A stretch of DNA of 64,000 nucleotides, from NCBI GenBank assembly GCA_963675665.1, contig OY776510.1, positions 512,001 through 576,000 on the forward strand, in the 5' to 3' direction. Shown here in pieces: positions 49,833-59,445 of this stretch. The DNA is from Spirochaetia bacterium. GTDB taxonomy: Bacteria > Spirochaetota > Spirochaetia > UBA9216. Under the pieces are notes generated by a model. The model was given only the letters and a program-made list of their open reading frames with translations, made no database searches and had not been told where the DNA came from. The stretch's first letter is position 1; every line of letters begins with the position of its first letter. A program made the position numbers and the translations under genes.

Positions 49833-49928
49833 TCTCCTTTCCAAACACGGGAGGCTATGTCGTTTCCAACAGAACCCTATCGACGCAAGATCCATGGTGT
49901 AACCGGTAGGACGCAAGCGCTCGGAGTT
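49833..49928 (-). ncRNA. Moco RNA motif riboswitch, short P3-less (Tuco-like) form
   Basis: Minus strand ACUCCGAGC...CCUA...AUGG...UAGGGU-UCUGUUG-GAAA-CGACAU-AGCCUCCCGUGUUUGGAAAGGAG matches the hallmark Moco consensus segments as recalled. Confidence 0.85.
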
Positions 49929-49939
49929 ATTACAAATAA

Positions 49940-49968
49940 ATTAAACACGATTTCAACTGATATGTCAA
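49940..49968 (-). promoter_or_regulatory. sigma70 promoter upstream of the riboswitch
   Basis: TTGACA-N17-TTTAAT, placing the start a few nt before the aptamer. Confidence 0.75.
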
Positions 49969-50000
49969 AGAGTTTCTTTTTTTTAACATGTTTGGTTTAA

Positions 50001-50029
50001 TTGACAGCGAGGTTTGTTTTCATTACTAT
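50001..50029 (+). promoter_or_regulatory. sigma70 promoter of tRNA-Arg
   Basis: TTGACA-N17-TACTAT. Confidence 0.75.
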
Positions 50030-50042
50030 ATGTTCACATCAT

Positions 50043-50116
<74 letters not shown>

Positions 50117-50117
50117 G

Positions 50118-50149
50118 AAAAGGGATTGCCGGCGGCAATCCCTTTTTTT
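50118..50149. terminator. Rho-independent terminator (bidirectional)
   Basis: AAAAGGGATTGCC-GGC-GGCAATCCCTTTTTTT. Confidence 0.9.
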
Positions 50150-50190
50150 ATTCTCAGAACGTTTCGATGGAGTTTTTGAGAAAAGACATA

Positions 50191-51657
50191 TCAGACCGAA
50201 TCAAATCTCAATCGGACTGTTGTTCCTTTTCCGGATTCACTCAATATTTCCAGTGTTCCGTCGTTTTCACTGGTAAATTTCTGTATCAGGTATAATCCCA
50301 GTCCTACCCCTTTCTCTCCGGAGGTTCCTCTTGAAGATTTGTTTAGTGGCGACTGAAGCATTCTTTGATCCACTATCATGCCGCGACCATTATCAATTAC
50401 GCTTAAAACAATATCATCTTCTGTATTTTCGCAAACGACCCTGATCTCACCTGATTTATCGGAGAATTTCAACGCATTGGAAAGAATGTTCCGCATTACA
50501 ACTTTAAAGGTGTCCGGGTCAACATTAATATACACATCAGATTCTGACTCAATATTTACTATAATGTCCTTGTCATCAAACATCGACTGCAATTCAAGAA
50601 TGTTTTCATTTATCAAATCTACAGGATTACAACGTTGTTTTCTTATTTTATGACCAGCCAGTTCCAGCCTGGACCATTCAAGCAGATTATTAAGCAGCAT
50701 ATCCGTATTTTCAAGCGCCTTTCTTAATTCAGAAATATACTCTTTTCTGAGGTCATCCTGCAGCGTATCGAATTCATTATCTACCGTTTTTGCAATTGAG
50801 GTTATTCCTGCCATTGGACCTGTCAAATCATGTGCGATAATTGAGAAAAGATGGGTCTTTAGCTGGTTTGCTTCATTCAGCTCTTTAAAAATACTGTCGT
50901 GAGGCTCTATTATATTTTTCCTGATTATCGCACGGTAAATGAAGTAAAACGAAACAATTTTTGCAAAATGACCGACCATATTTGAAACGCCGTAATTATC
51001 AATGTAAAAAATAAAAGCAAACTCGGACAATATTGTAAAGAATACGGACAAAGTCATATAAATGAATGTATCTTTATCAAAAAACTTCTTTTTTCTTATA
51101 AAATTTATCATTGTTAAAGACAATATTAAAATGATGATATACTCGGATATGATTTTAAATTGTGTCTGACCCATACCCTCTATAAAACATTCCGGGAAAA
51201 TATCCGAAAACAGTATTGAATATGTAAAGAGTACCGTAACAGCTGTATATAGAATGATTGTGAAATTAGTGGATATTTTAACTTTTCGATTGATGAAAAT
51301 TGAACCGCTTAGCAAAGTAACCGACTCAATCATTCTGCCGGCAATCCAGAACTGGTTTGCATAATAATCATAGTCTCTGAAAATCGACATGCCCTTATAC
51401 CCGAAGGTGTGAAGCAAATCGATAAATCCTATGAACAGGTATGCTATGCCGTATAATAAAAGATAATTATCTTTTAGATAGCTTCTTCCGTTCCAGACAA
51501 TTATAAATACGCTGAATGCAATTACAATACTGAATATTTCAGCAAAAAGATGAAAAAGAAGATAGTTACCGAGTTGGATAATATATAGAATCGAAAAAAT
51601 AATTGCCGTAAGTATAAGCAGTTTAATGTTTGAATCAAGCTTTGTACCGGTTTTCAT
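50191..51657 (-). CDS. Membrane sensor histidine kinase (MASE3-like)
   Basis: NYLLFHLFAEIFSI and DLLHTFGYKGM sensor. AHDLTGP, NALKFS and GVGLGL kinase motifs. Confidence 0.88.
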   Translation of the reverse strand: MKTGTKLDSNIKLLILTAIIFSILYIIQLGNYLLFHLFAEIFSIVIAFSVFIIVWNGRSYLKDNYLLLYGIAYLFIGFIDLLHTFGYKGMSIFRDYDYYANQFWIAGRMIESVTLLSGSIFINRKVKISTNFTIILYTAVTVLFTYSILFSDIFPECFIEGMGQTQFKIISEYIIILILSLTMINFIRKKKFFDKDTFIYMTLSVFFTILSEFAFIFYIDNYGVSNMVGHFAKIVSFYFIYRAIIRKNIIEPHDSIFKELNEANQLKTHLFSIIAHDLTGPMAGITSIAKTVDNEFDTLQDDLRKEYISELRKALENTDMLLNNLLEWSRLELAGHKIRKQRCNPVDLINENILELQSMFDDKDIIVNIESESDVYINVDPDTFKVVMRNILSNALKFSDKSGEIRVVCENTEDDIVLSVIDNGRGMIVDQRMLQSPLNKSSRGTSGEKGVGLGLYLIQKFTSENDGTLEILSESGKGTTVRLRFDSV

Positions 51658-51754
51658 ATTTAAATATTAATAGATTGAACAAAAGAATGCAAATACCGGC
51701 AGGAATTATATATCACTACTTTATCTATTCATAACGGCAAGCCGGAGAACCGAT

Positions 51755-52798
51755 TTACAACAGATTCAGTTCGGTTACAGCATACTCTACCAACCATTTG
51801 ATCTCGGACCATTTTATTTTAAAAGGCCTGTCGGTATCTACCCTGTGTACAATCACAATCTCATATTCGGGCAGAACCAATAACATATGAACCCCAAGCC
51901 CGTTATGGTAAAAGGCATGTCCATACCCGGCTTCTTCGGGCACAATCCGCCATAAATATCCGTAAGGGTCTCCTGCGGGGTTTTCTACGGGCCGAATCTG
52001 GGTGCTTTCTGCAATCCATTCTTCAGGTACAATTTGCCGGCCATTCCATAAACCGCCCTTCGAATACAATTCCCCGAACAGGGCAAGGTCCCTGCTGGAC
52101 ATGCGGAAAAAATACGAAGGATGCATCGAACGGGTTTCTTCAACAACATACGTACCGTCGGACGGGACAAAATCCTCCATCCCCAACGGGACCGCAATTT
52201 CACGATAAAACGCTTCAAAGATATCTTCACCTGTGAGCCTCCGAAATATCGTTCCAAGCACATTAAAGTCCCAATTATTATAGTAGAAATAAGTTCCGGG
52301 ACTGTGGCTTCCCCGCGGAGGCCGGGCGTCAATCATCGATTGAGCTTCACCGCCGGCCGGATGGTACACCCCCGATCTGGACAAAAGCAAATCCTGAACA
52401 GTTGCCTGCTGCTCTTTTTGTGTTAATGCCGGTTCAATATCGTTAATTCCAAGATCTGCCAAAGTCAGATTCAGATCGATCATTCCCCGTTCCCTGTAGA
52501 TTCCGTAAAGGGCTCCCAAAAACGGTTTTCTGATTGAGTGGCACATATATTTTTTTGATAAATCTCCGTAAGAAAAAACTTCGCGGCCGCCTTTTTTTAT
52601 AAGAAGCACTGCTGTTCCGATTTTCTCAGCTTCGTTAGCAATCCGGTTATTTACAGTCATACTTTCTTTATCCGGACCAGTTTGAACTTCAGAGGTATCC
52701 GATTTTGAACATGCTAAAAGTAAAAATCCAAAGAGAAAAATACAGTTCAACAAGAAATACCGGGGAGTTTTGGAAAATTTATTTTTAATTTGTCTCAT
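51755..52798 (-). CDS. Serine hydrolase, beta-lactamase family (probable lipoprotein)
   Basis: SIRK (SxxK), YYNN and LLAC lipobox-like. Start uncertain. Confidence 0.82.
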   Translation of the reverse strand: MRQIKNKFSKTPRYFLLNCIFLFGFLLLACSKSDTSEVQTGPDKESMTVNNRIANEAEKIGTAVLLIKKGGREVFSYGDLSKKYMCHSIRKPFLGALYGIYRERGMIDLNLTLADLGINDIEPALTQKEQQATVQDLLLSRSGVYHPAGGEAQSMIDARPPRGSHSPGTYFYYNNWDFNVLGTIFRRLTGEDIFEAFYREIAVPLGMEDFVPSDGTYVVEETRSMHPSYFFRMSSRDLALFGELYSKGGLWNGRQIVPEEWIAESTQIRPVENPAGDPYGYLWRIVPEEAGYGHAFYHNGLGVHMLLVLPEYEIVIVHRVDTDRPFKIKWSEIKWLVEYAVTELNLL

Positions 52799-52930
52799 TA
52801 ATAATACTATACCCGTACTATCCATTTCTTCAAACAATATTATTTATATTTTCTGAACAACGAAAAATCAGCATTTTCCAAAAACGTTCTTGCTGAAAAT
52901 GGAATATAGTGTATCCTTAAAAAGAAAACA

Positions 52931-55555
52931 GTGAATATTCCGATTATGCAATCAAGTTTATATATCCCGAAATCAAGAGCTGATTTGCTGGAACGACCCC
53001 GGTTATCGGAAAAACTTGATAACGCCCTCCCTCTCAGGCTTATCCTGATTTCCGCGCCGGCAGGGTTCGGAAAAACCAGCCTGATAAGTTCCTGGACGGC
53101 AAAACTTCCTTATAAATGCTGCTGGTTATCATTAAACGACAGCATTACCGATTCCATCCAGTTTCTGCGTTATTTTATTTCAGCGCTGAGAACAATCAAA
53201 CCCGATGTATGCAATTCGGTATTATCTGCAATCGAGTCTCCGAAAACGCCCGATGCCCTTTCGGTTTTTCCTTTCGTTGTTGATGAATTAGCCGGAATGC
53301 CGGAGCTGGTATTCGTTCTTGATGATTATCACCTGATCAATGATCAGAATACGGATTTTATACTGGAAAAGCTTATAAAAGTAATGCCGCCGCATTTTCA
53401 TCTGGTAATATCCACCAGGTCTGATCCTCTGTTCTCTCTTTCGCTTTTAAGAGGTCGAAGGGAACTGTGTGAAATCCGGGCCGATCAGCTGCGCTTTTCA
53501 AGAGAAGAAACTTTTTATCTTCTGACAGAACTTCATCACCAGGAACTGCAAAGAACTGAAACCGATTCACTCTACCGTAAAACCGAGGGCTGGATTACCG
53601 GATTGCAGATGGCCCTTCTTTCCCTTGAAGAACGTGAGAATAAAAACGACTTTATAAAGGATTTCTCCGCAAGCAACATTTATATTCTCGACTACCTGAT
53701 GGAACAGGTTCTGAGCAGCCAAAAAGCCGAAATGAGGGAATTCCTTCTCTGCACCTCGGTTCTTAACCGGATGTCTGCAGAACTCTGTAAAGAGGTAACC
53801 GAAAATAAAAATGCCGGAATCCTGCTTGAAGAAGCTGTCCGCTCCAATATGTTCATACAGCCGCTGGATTCAAATGGCGAATGGTTCAGATACCACCATC
53901 TTTTCAGAGAGCTGCTTTTAAACAGATTGAAGATTAATGATAATACGCGCATTTCGGTCCTTCATAAAAATGCCATGCGGTGGTTCAGGTCTAAAGGAGA
54001 TTTGTACGATGCGATTAATCACGGCATTGCTTCAAAGGAATTCGATTCAGTTCTGGATCTCCTGTCAAAATATATTAAGGAGATCTGGAGCAAAGGCGAG
54101 CAACAGCAGTTGTCGATATGGAGCTCAAGAATACCGACAGAAAAACTTCATTCCCGGCCCGATATTCTCGCTCAATACGCTTTAACGCTCTCGTTTGCCG
54201 GACGTTTTTCTGAAGCGGAAGAATTGATTAACGTTTTGAATCAAGCCTCTGAAAACAGAATTACCCCGGGCCTTTTTTCTTTGATAAAGGCTTTTCACGC
54301 AATATGGAGGGGGGAAATTGAAGAAGCCAGATTGTACAATAAAGAAGGAATGAAAAAGCTGGCGGAAAATGACCATATTTACCAGACGCTGGCATATTCA
54401 CTGTACGGCGATATTTGTGTTTTCGACGGACTCATGAAAGATTGCGAAACCGTATGGATTAAAGCTATGGACCATGCCATGAAAGCTGAAAATATTTTTC
54501 TTTCACACTGGGCCGGGGCCAAGGTGATCATCAGCAGGAAACGCCTTGGTAAACTGGCAGAAGCCGGGCAGACGTACAATTTGCTCACCACCGAAAGAAT
54601 CGGTATATCCGATTCAGCGGTAAGCGGGGCATATTATTCCGTAGCGGGAGATATTTTTCTTGAATGGCTGAATACCGACAAGGCCCTGAACCTTTTTAAA
54701 AAAGGCCTCTTTCTAAGTGAGCGCCAGGATTATACCGGAGGGATTGCCTGGAGCTCGCTGTCTTTAATTCACGCAAGGTATCTTCTTTCCGAATATGAGC
54801 TTGTTGAAAAAGGAATTGAGACTCTCGAAAGCAGAATCGCCGGCGGAAGGCTCCCCGACTGGACCAACTCCTGGCTTTCTGCCTGGAAGATCAGGTTTTA
54901 TCTCTATTCGGGCGAAATAAAAAAAGCGGAAAATATTCTCAGAGACAGAAAGATTGAGATATCCGGAAAGATAAGTTATCCGCGGGAAATTGAGCACCTT
55001 GAGCTGGCAAGGTATTATCTTGCAAAAGAACCGGAAAAAGCGTCCGGGGTGATCTCCGTATTAAAAAAAAGATTCAGGGAAATTTGCTGGATTGATCGCT
55101 GGTATGAAGCATGCCTTCTTGAAATCCTGCATCTTAAAATAACCGGGAATCAGGCCGACGCTGTTGACAAGCTGAACTCTCTTCTATCGGCAACAGCTCC
55201 GGAAAAATATTCAAGGCTTTATATTATTGAACGACAGCCTGTCGCTGAACTTTTATACAGCCTGATAGAGCAGAAAAAATCAACAGAAGAAGCGGGAAGG
55301 CTGCTCGAATTGGCGCCGCGCTATGCCGGTGAAAAAAAGCATCAGAACTCCGGTATTGAAGAACCGCTCAGCGAAAGAGAGCTTGCAGTACTGGCAGTTA
55401 TAGCTTCCGGCAAAACAAACAAGGAAGCTGCCGACGAACTTTTCATTTCAGAAGGAACAGTAAAAAATCATTTGAAAAGTATCTTCAAAAAAATGAATGT
55501 CGGCAGCAGAACGCAGGCTGCAGCGCACGCAAGAGCTCTGGGACTGATAAAATAG
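52931..55555 (+). CDS. MalT-like large ATP-binding LuxR regulator
   Basis: APAGFGKT, LDDYH, TEGW, FRYHHLF and C-terminal LSERE...TVKNH HTH. Confidence 0.92.
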   Translation: MNIPIMQSSLYIPKSRADLLERPRLSEKLDNALPLRLILISAPAGFGKTSLISSWTAKLPYKCCWLSLNDSITDSIQFLRYFISALRTIKPDVCNSVLSAIESPKTPDALSVFPFVVDELAGMPELVFVLDDYHLINDQNTDFILEKLIKVMPPHFHLVISTRSDPLFSLSLLRGRRELCEIRADQLRFSREETFYLLTELHHQELQRTETDSLYRKTEGWITGLQMALLSLEERENKNDFIKDFSASNIYILDYLMEQVLSSQKAEMREFLLCTSVLNRMSAELCKEVTENKNAGILLEEAVRSNMFIQPLDSNGEWFRYHHLFRELLLNRLKINDNTRISVLHKNAMRWFRSKGDLYDAINHGIASKEFDSVLDLLSKYIKEIWSKGEQQQLSIWSSRIPTEKLHSRPDILAQYALTLSFAGRFSEAEELINVLNQASENRITPGLFSLIKAFHAIWRGEIEEARLYNKEGMKKLAENDHIYQTLAYSLYGDICVFDGLMKDCETVWIKAMDHAMKAENIFLSHWAGAKVIISRKRLGKLAEAGQTYNLLTTERIGISDSAVSGAYYSVAGDIFLEWLNTDKALNLFKKGLFLSERQDYTGGIAWSSLSLIHARYLLSEYELVEKGIETLESRIAGGRLPDWTNSWLSAWKIRFYLYSGEIKKAENILRDRKIEISGKISYPREIEHLELARYYLAKEPEKASGVISVLKKRFREICWIDRWYEACLLEILHLKITGNQADAVDKLNSLLSATAPEKYSRLYIIERQPVAELLYSLIEQKKSTEEAGRLLELAPRYAGEKKHQNSGIEEPLSERELAVLAVIASGKTNKEAADELFISEGTVKNHLKSIFKKMNVGSRTQAAAHARALGLIK

Positions 55556-55638
55556 CCCTTAAATGTCCCTTATGGGATATTCCGCTTTTTCATGGAACCT
55601 TTATAATTTAAAAACACTAAAGAGATTGGTATTGAGGT

Positions 55639-55860
55639 TTGCTGAAAAACTACAGGATAACAATAAAAGAAACACTTGATGATGATTACAGAAAAAGATT
55701 CGAGGACTGGAATTTATTTGTTAATGACAACGGAAGCTCTGAATTGACCGGACCAGCAATAGACCAGTCCGGGTTATACGGGGTTCTGAATTTAATCCAG
55801 AGATTAAACCTGACCTTAATATCGATAACTTCAGAAAAAGAAGAAAATTCAGGAGAATGA
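55639..55860 (+). CDS. Small hypothetical protein
   Basis: TTG start with GAGG RBS. DQSGLYGVL...LNLTLISI pattern recalled from small genes following MalT-like regulators. Confidence 0.65.
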   Translation: MLKNYRITIKETLDDDYRKRFEDWNLFVNDNGSSELTGPAIDQSGLYGVLNLIQRLNLTLISITSEKEENSGE

Positions 55861-56045
55861 TTATGAAAACATCCAAAATTATTAACACAATACTTCAGGC
55901 AGTCGGTTTCGGAATGGGCGTCGCCGTACTTGTGCTGCATATTATGTCGGTGATCACCCCGGAAGCAGCAGTAAGCATGCTCGCAATAGGACTTGTAGCA
56001 ATGGGACTATCAGGGCTGAAACAAGTTGAAACGGAGAAGGAATGA
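55857..56045 (+). CDS. Small two-TM membrane protein
   Basis: AGGAG RBS, two hydrophobic helices, ATGA overlaps on both sides. Confidence 0.7.
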   Translation: MIMKTSKIINTILQAVGFGMGVAVLVLHIMSVITPEAAVSMLAIGLVAMGLSGLKQVETEKE

Positions 56046-56842
56046 ATCGTTATCTTTTTAAAGGAATTCTTTTTGCATTAATACTGAATGCGGCAGGATG
56101 GGCATCATGGTTTCTGGGCGAAGCGGGAATGATGCTCTGGCTTGTCTCTCCGCTTCTTGTTTCTGTTGTTTTCAGATTGGTACAAAAAAACCGGAAGGGA
56201 ACCGGGATTAGGTTAATGTTCAGAGGGAACCTGTTCTCATATTTATTCGGAGTATTATATTTTCCGGCAGCTGTGGCTGTTGTAATCGCAGTCGGAGCAG
56301 TAACAGGGTTGATATTTCTGCGGGATTTCAGGGGTGACATTTTTCTTCAGGCCGCAGCAGCAGGATTCCTGTTCACCTTTGTTAAAAATATTTTCGAGGA
56401 ATTTGCATGGCGCGGTTTTCTGACCCCGACCTTTATTGAAGCAGGTCTTCATCCTCTTGCAAACCATCTGTTAACCGGACTTATCTGGGGAAGCTGGCAC
56501 CTCCCCTATTATCTGGGGCTGCTTGATTCTTCGGTAATTTCAGTTTATTCATCTTTACAATTGCCGGTTTTTGTAATAATCACCCTGGTCAGCATGCTTC
56601 CTGCTGCTATATTGTTTGGTGAATTAAGATTGCTCTCGGGTTCAACCTGGCCTGCCGTGCTGCTTCACACTTTCAGCAATATAATCATCATGAATCTTCT
56701 AACCGGAGGACAACTTGTCTTCAACGGGCCCGGCGAATTATTGTTGAGTCCTGGCTGGCACGGAATAGTAATGATGATTCTTATACTGGCTTCAGGTCTT
56801 GCACTTTACAGGCATAGAACCAAAAAGGAACTATACACCTAG
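56042..56842 (+). CDS. CPBP/Abi family intramembrane metalloprotease
   Basis: EEFAWRG, WGSWH and H-x3-N motifs. Confidence 0.88.
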   Translation: MNRYLFKGILFALILNAAGWASWFLGEAGMMLWLVSPLLVSVVFRLVQKNRKGTGIRLMFRGNLFSYLFGVLYFPAAVAVVIAVGAVTGLIFLRDFRGDIFLQAAAAGFLFTFVKNIFEEFAWRGFLTPTFIEAGLHPLANHLLTGLIWGSWHLPYYLGLLDSSVISVYSSLQLPVFVIITLVSMLPAAILFGELRLLSGSTWPAVLLHTFSNIIIMNLLTGGQLVFNGPGELLLSPGWHGIVMMILILASGLALYRHRTKKELYT

Positions 56843-56863
56843 AAGCTGTGCGTGCTACAAGCT

Positions 56864-56894
56864 GTTAATCCGGAAAAAATTTTTCCGGATTAAC
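56864..56894. terminator. Bidirectional hairpin
   Basis: GTTAATCCGGAAAA...TTTTCCGGATTAAC between convergent genes. Confidence 0.75.
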
Positions 56895-56895
56895 T

Positions 56896-58389
56896 TCAGG
56901 CCCAGTTCAGGCTTCTGCCGACAGCTTTTTTCCACCCCGAGTAAAGAAGCTCCCGTTCATCTTCCGGCATAGCAGGTTCAAAAACCCTGTCCACCTTCCA
57001 CTGTTTTGAAAGCTCATCCGTGTCTTTCCAGAACCCTGTTCCGAGCCCGGAAAAGTATGCAGCGCCCCTTGCCGCCATCTCGGTAATTTTAGGACGCTCA
57101 ACAGGAACCCCCAGTATATCGGCCTGAAACTGCATCAGCAGATCACTTTTTGTTGCTCCGCCGTCTACTCTCAGCATGCTGCACTTTCGGCTGAAATCTC
57201 CTTCCATAGCATCCACAACGTCACGGGTCTGATAAGCCAGCGAATCAAGGCAGGCCCGGGCTATCTGCTCTCTTGAGGAGCCCCTTGTAAGCCCGATTAT
57301 CAAACCTCTTGCATACATGTCCCAGTAAGGGGCACAAAGACCTGTAAAAGCCGGGACAAAATATATTTCATTTGTCGGTTTGACTTTCCGGGCCATGGTA
57401 TTTACCTCGTCCGAACTTTTTATTATTCCCAACCCGTCACGCAGCCACTGGATGGCCGCTCCACCGTTGAAAACAACACCTTCAAGCGCGTATTCAGTCC
57501 TGCCTTTCACCGACCATCCCAAATCAGTAGTCAGCCCGTGTTTTGAGTTAACGATCTCTTCTCCGGTGTTTATAAATAAAGCAAGAGACGTTCCATATGT
57601 GTTCTTGACCATCCCCGGAGAAAAACAGCACTGTCCGAATGTTGCGGCATGCTGATCTCCTGCAACGCCTGCAACCGGAAGAACTTTTTCAAGGAAATCT
57701 CCCTTTACGGTTTCTGCCAGGATGCCGGATGACGGCTTAATCTCCGGCAAAATTTTTTCAGGAATATTCATTATTTCCAGCAGCTCTTTATCCCATTCTT
57801 TCGTATGAATATTAAAAAGCAGAGTCCTTGATGCATTTGTATAGTCAGTAACATGATATCCGCCTCCGGACAGGTTCCAGATCAGCCAGGTATCAATTGT
57901 CCCCATCAAAATTTCCCCGTTTTCCATTCTCCGGCGCAATCCCTTGATATTTTCCATAAGCCAGATGATCTTTGTTCCGGAAAAATAAGCATCAATCAGC
58001 AAGCCTGTTTTCCTGTTTATAATTTCAGAATGCCCCTCCTCTTTCAGCCTCTCGCATATGGAAGCGGAGCGCCTGCACTGCCAAACAATTGCATTATATA
58101 CAGGGCGGCCGGTCTTCTTTTCCCACAGGATAATTGTTTCCCTCTGGTTGGTTATGCCGATTGAATCTATCTCGTCAGCCGTGACCGGACCTTTCATAAT
58201 TCTGTCTATGCATTCACGGAGTGAAGACAGATACTCCATCGGATCATGCTCAACCCAGCCCGGATTCGGGTAAATCTGGTTTATTTCAATGTACTCATTT
58301 GCAAATACCGCCCCGGAACGATCAAAAAGAATTACCCTGGTCCCGGTTGTTCCCTGGTCGATTGCCATAATATATTTTTTATCACTCAT
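56896..58389 (-). CDS. glpK: Glycerol kinase (FGGY family)
   Basis: DQGTT, GITNQRET, DAYFSGTK, PAFTGL-APYWD and LRVDGG motifs. Confidence 0.85.
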   Translation of the reverse strand: MSDKKYIMAIDQGTTGTRVILFDRSGAVFANEYIEINQIYPNPGWVEHDPMEYLSSLRECIDRIMKGPVTADEIDSIGITNQRETIILWEKKTGRPVYNAIVWQCRRSASICERLKEEGHSEIINRKTGLLIDAYFSGTKIIWLMENIKGLRRRMENGEILMGTIDTWLIWNLSGGGYHVTDYTNASRTLLFNIHTKEWDKELLEIMNIPEKILPEIKPSSGILAETVKGDFLEKVLPVAGVAGDQHAATFGQCCFSPGMVKNTYGTSLALFINTGEEIVNSKHGLTTDLGWSVKGRTEYALEGVVFNGGAAIQWLRDGLGIIKSSDEVNTMARKVKPTNEIYFVPAFTGLCAPYWDMYARGLIIGLTRGSSREQIARACLDSLAYQTRDVVDAMEGDFSRKCSMLRVDGGATKSDLLMQFQADILGVPVERPKITEMAARGAAYFSGLGTGFWKDTDELSKQWKVDRVFEPAMPEDERELLYSGWKKAVGRSLNWA

Positions 58390-58397
58390 TTCTTACC

Positions 58398-59441
58398 TCA
58401 AGGTTTTACTATTGCTTTAAAAATCGGCTCTGTTTTAATGTCCTCAAATGCTTTATTAATATCATCCAGACTATAGATTCTGCTTATGTATTTCTTCAGA
58501 TTAAGTTTCCCGCTTTCAACCAGCCCGAGAATCTTTCTGTTTTGCTCCGCAGTAGAAGCATGAACTCCGAACACGCCCAATTCCCTGTAATGAATAAGAT
58601 TACTGTCGAGATATCCGCTTGAAGGCTCCGGCAAACCTCCAAAAAGGCTGATTCTGCCTCTATGCGCTGCAGCCTGCAAAGCCTGTGAATGTGTAATTCC
58701 GGCTGAGCATGCGGTAATCAAAACATCTGCACCGATGCCTTCTGTTAATTCCATGATTTTATTTACAACTTCTGTTTTGCCCGGATCTATTATGGAAATA
58801 CCAGGAATCGTTCTTTCAGCCTGTTCAGCACGGTAACCGGAAAACTCAACCATAATTATGTTCCTGACGCCCTTCAACCCGGCAAGCTCGGCATGAATAC
58901 AGCCTATAAAACCCGCGCCGAAAATAACAACGGTATCGTCAGGGCTTATTTTCAGCAGCTGCTGCCCGTTAAATGCACATGCTACAGGCTCACAGAGAAT
59001 CACATCCTCTACTTCAAGAGGCTCAGAAACAGGAATAACATTTCCCATTCTGAAAGCCTGCAGCGGAATCTCCATAATTTCGGCGAATCCCCCGTCATAC
59101 TGAAACCCCAGAGTCTTCAAATTCGTACAGAGGTTTGTATAACCCTTTCTGCAGGGTGCACATTCGCCGCAACCTATTGCCGGAGCAATCAGGACCCGTT
59201 GCCCCACCGAAAAACCGTTCAACCGCACTGAATCACCAATATGTACAATCTCGGCGCATATTTCGTGGCCGATAATCCTGGGCGGTTCAATCTTGCTGCT
59301 GCCGTTTGCATAAATTCTTATATCCGTACCGCATATTGAACAGGCAAGTACTTTGGATATCACATTCTGCGAAGTCGGCTCCGGCACCTGAACCTCTTTC
59401 AGTTCAGGTTTTCCATTTCCTTCATAAACAAATGCTTTCAT
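58398..59441 (-). CDS. Zn-dependent polyol dehydrogenase
   Basis: ICGTD, GHE, CGECAPC and GAGFIG motifs. Start moved to MKAFV. Confidence 0.88.
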   Translation of the reverse strand: MKAFVYEGNGKPELKEVQVPEPTSQNVISKVLACSICGTDIRIYANGSSKIEPPRIIGHEICAEIVHIGDSVRLNGFSVGQRVLIAPAIGCGECAPCRKGYTNLCTNLKTLGFQYDGGFAEIMEIPLQAFRMGNVIPVSEPLEVEDVILCEPVACAFNGQQLLKISPDDTVVIFGAGFIGCIHAELAGLKGVRNIIMVEFSGYRAEQAERTIPGISIIDPGKTEVVNKIMELTEGIGADVLITACSAGITHSQALQAAAHRGRISLFGGLPEPSSGYLDSNLIHYRELGVFGVHASTAEQNRKILGLVESGKLNLKKYISRIYSLDDINKAFEDIKTEPIFKAIVKP

Positions 59442-59445
59442 CAGC

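Noticed and set aside
49833-49928. Cobalamin riboswitch, as might be expected before a Btu-like importer
   Set aside because: No B12-box or GGGAA...GCCACUG elements. The sequence matches Moco hallmarks instead.
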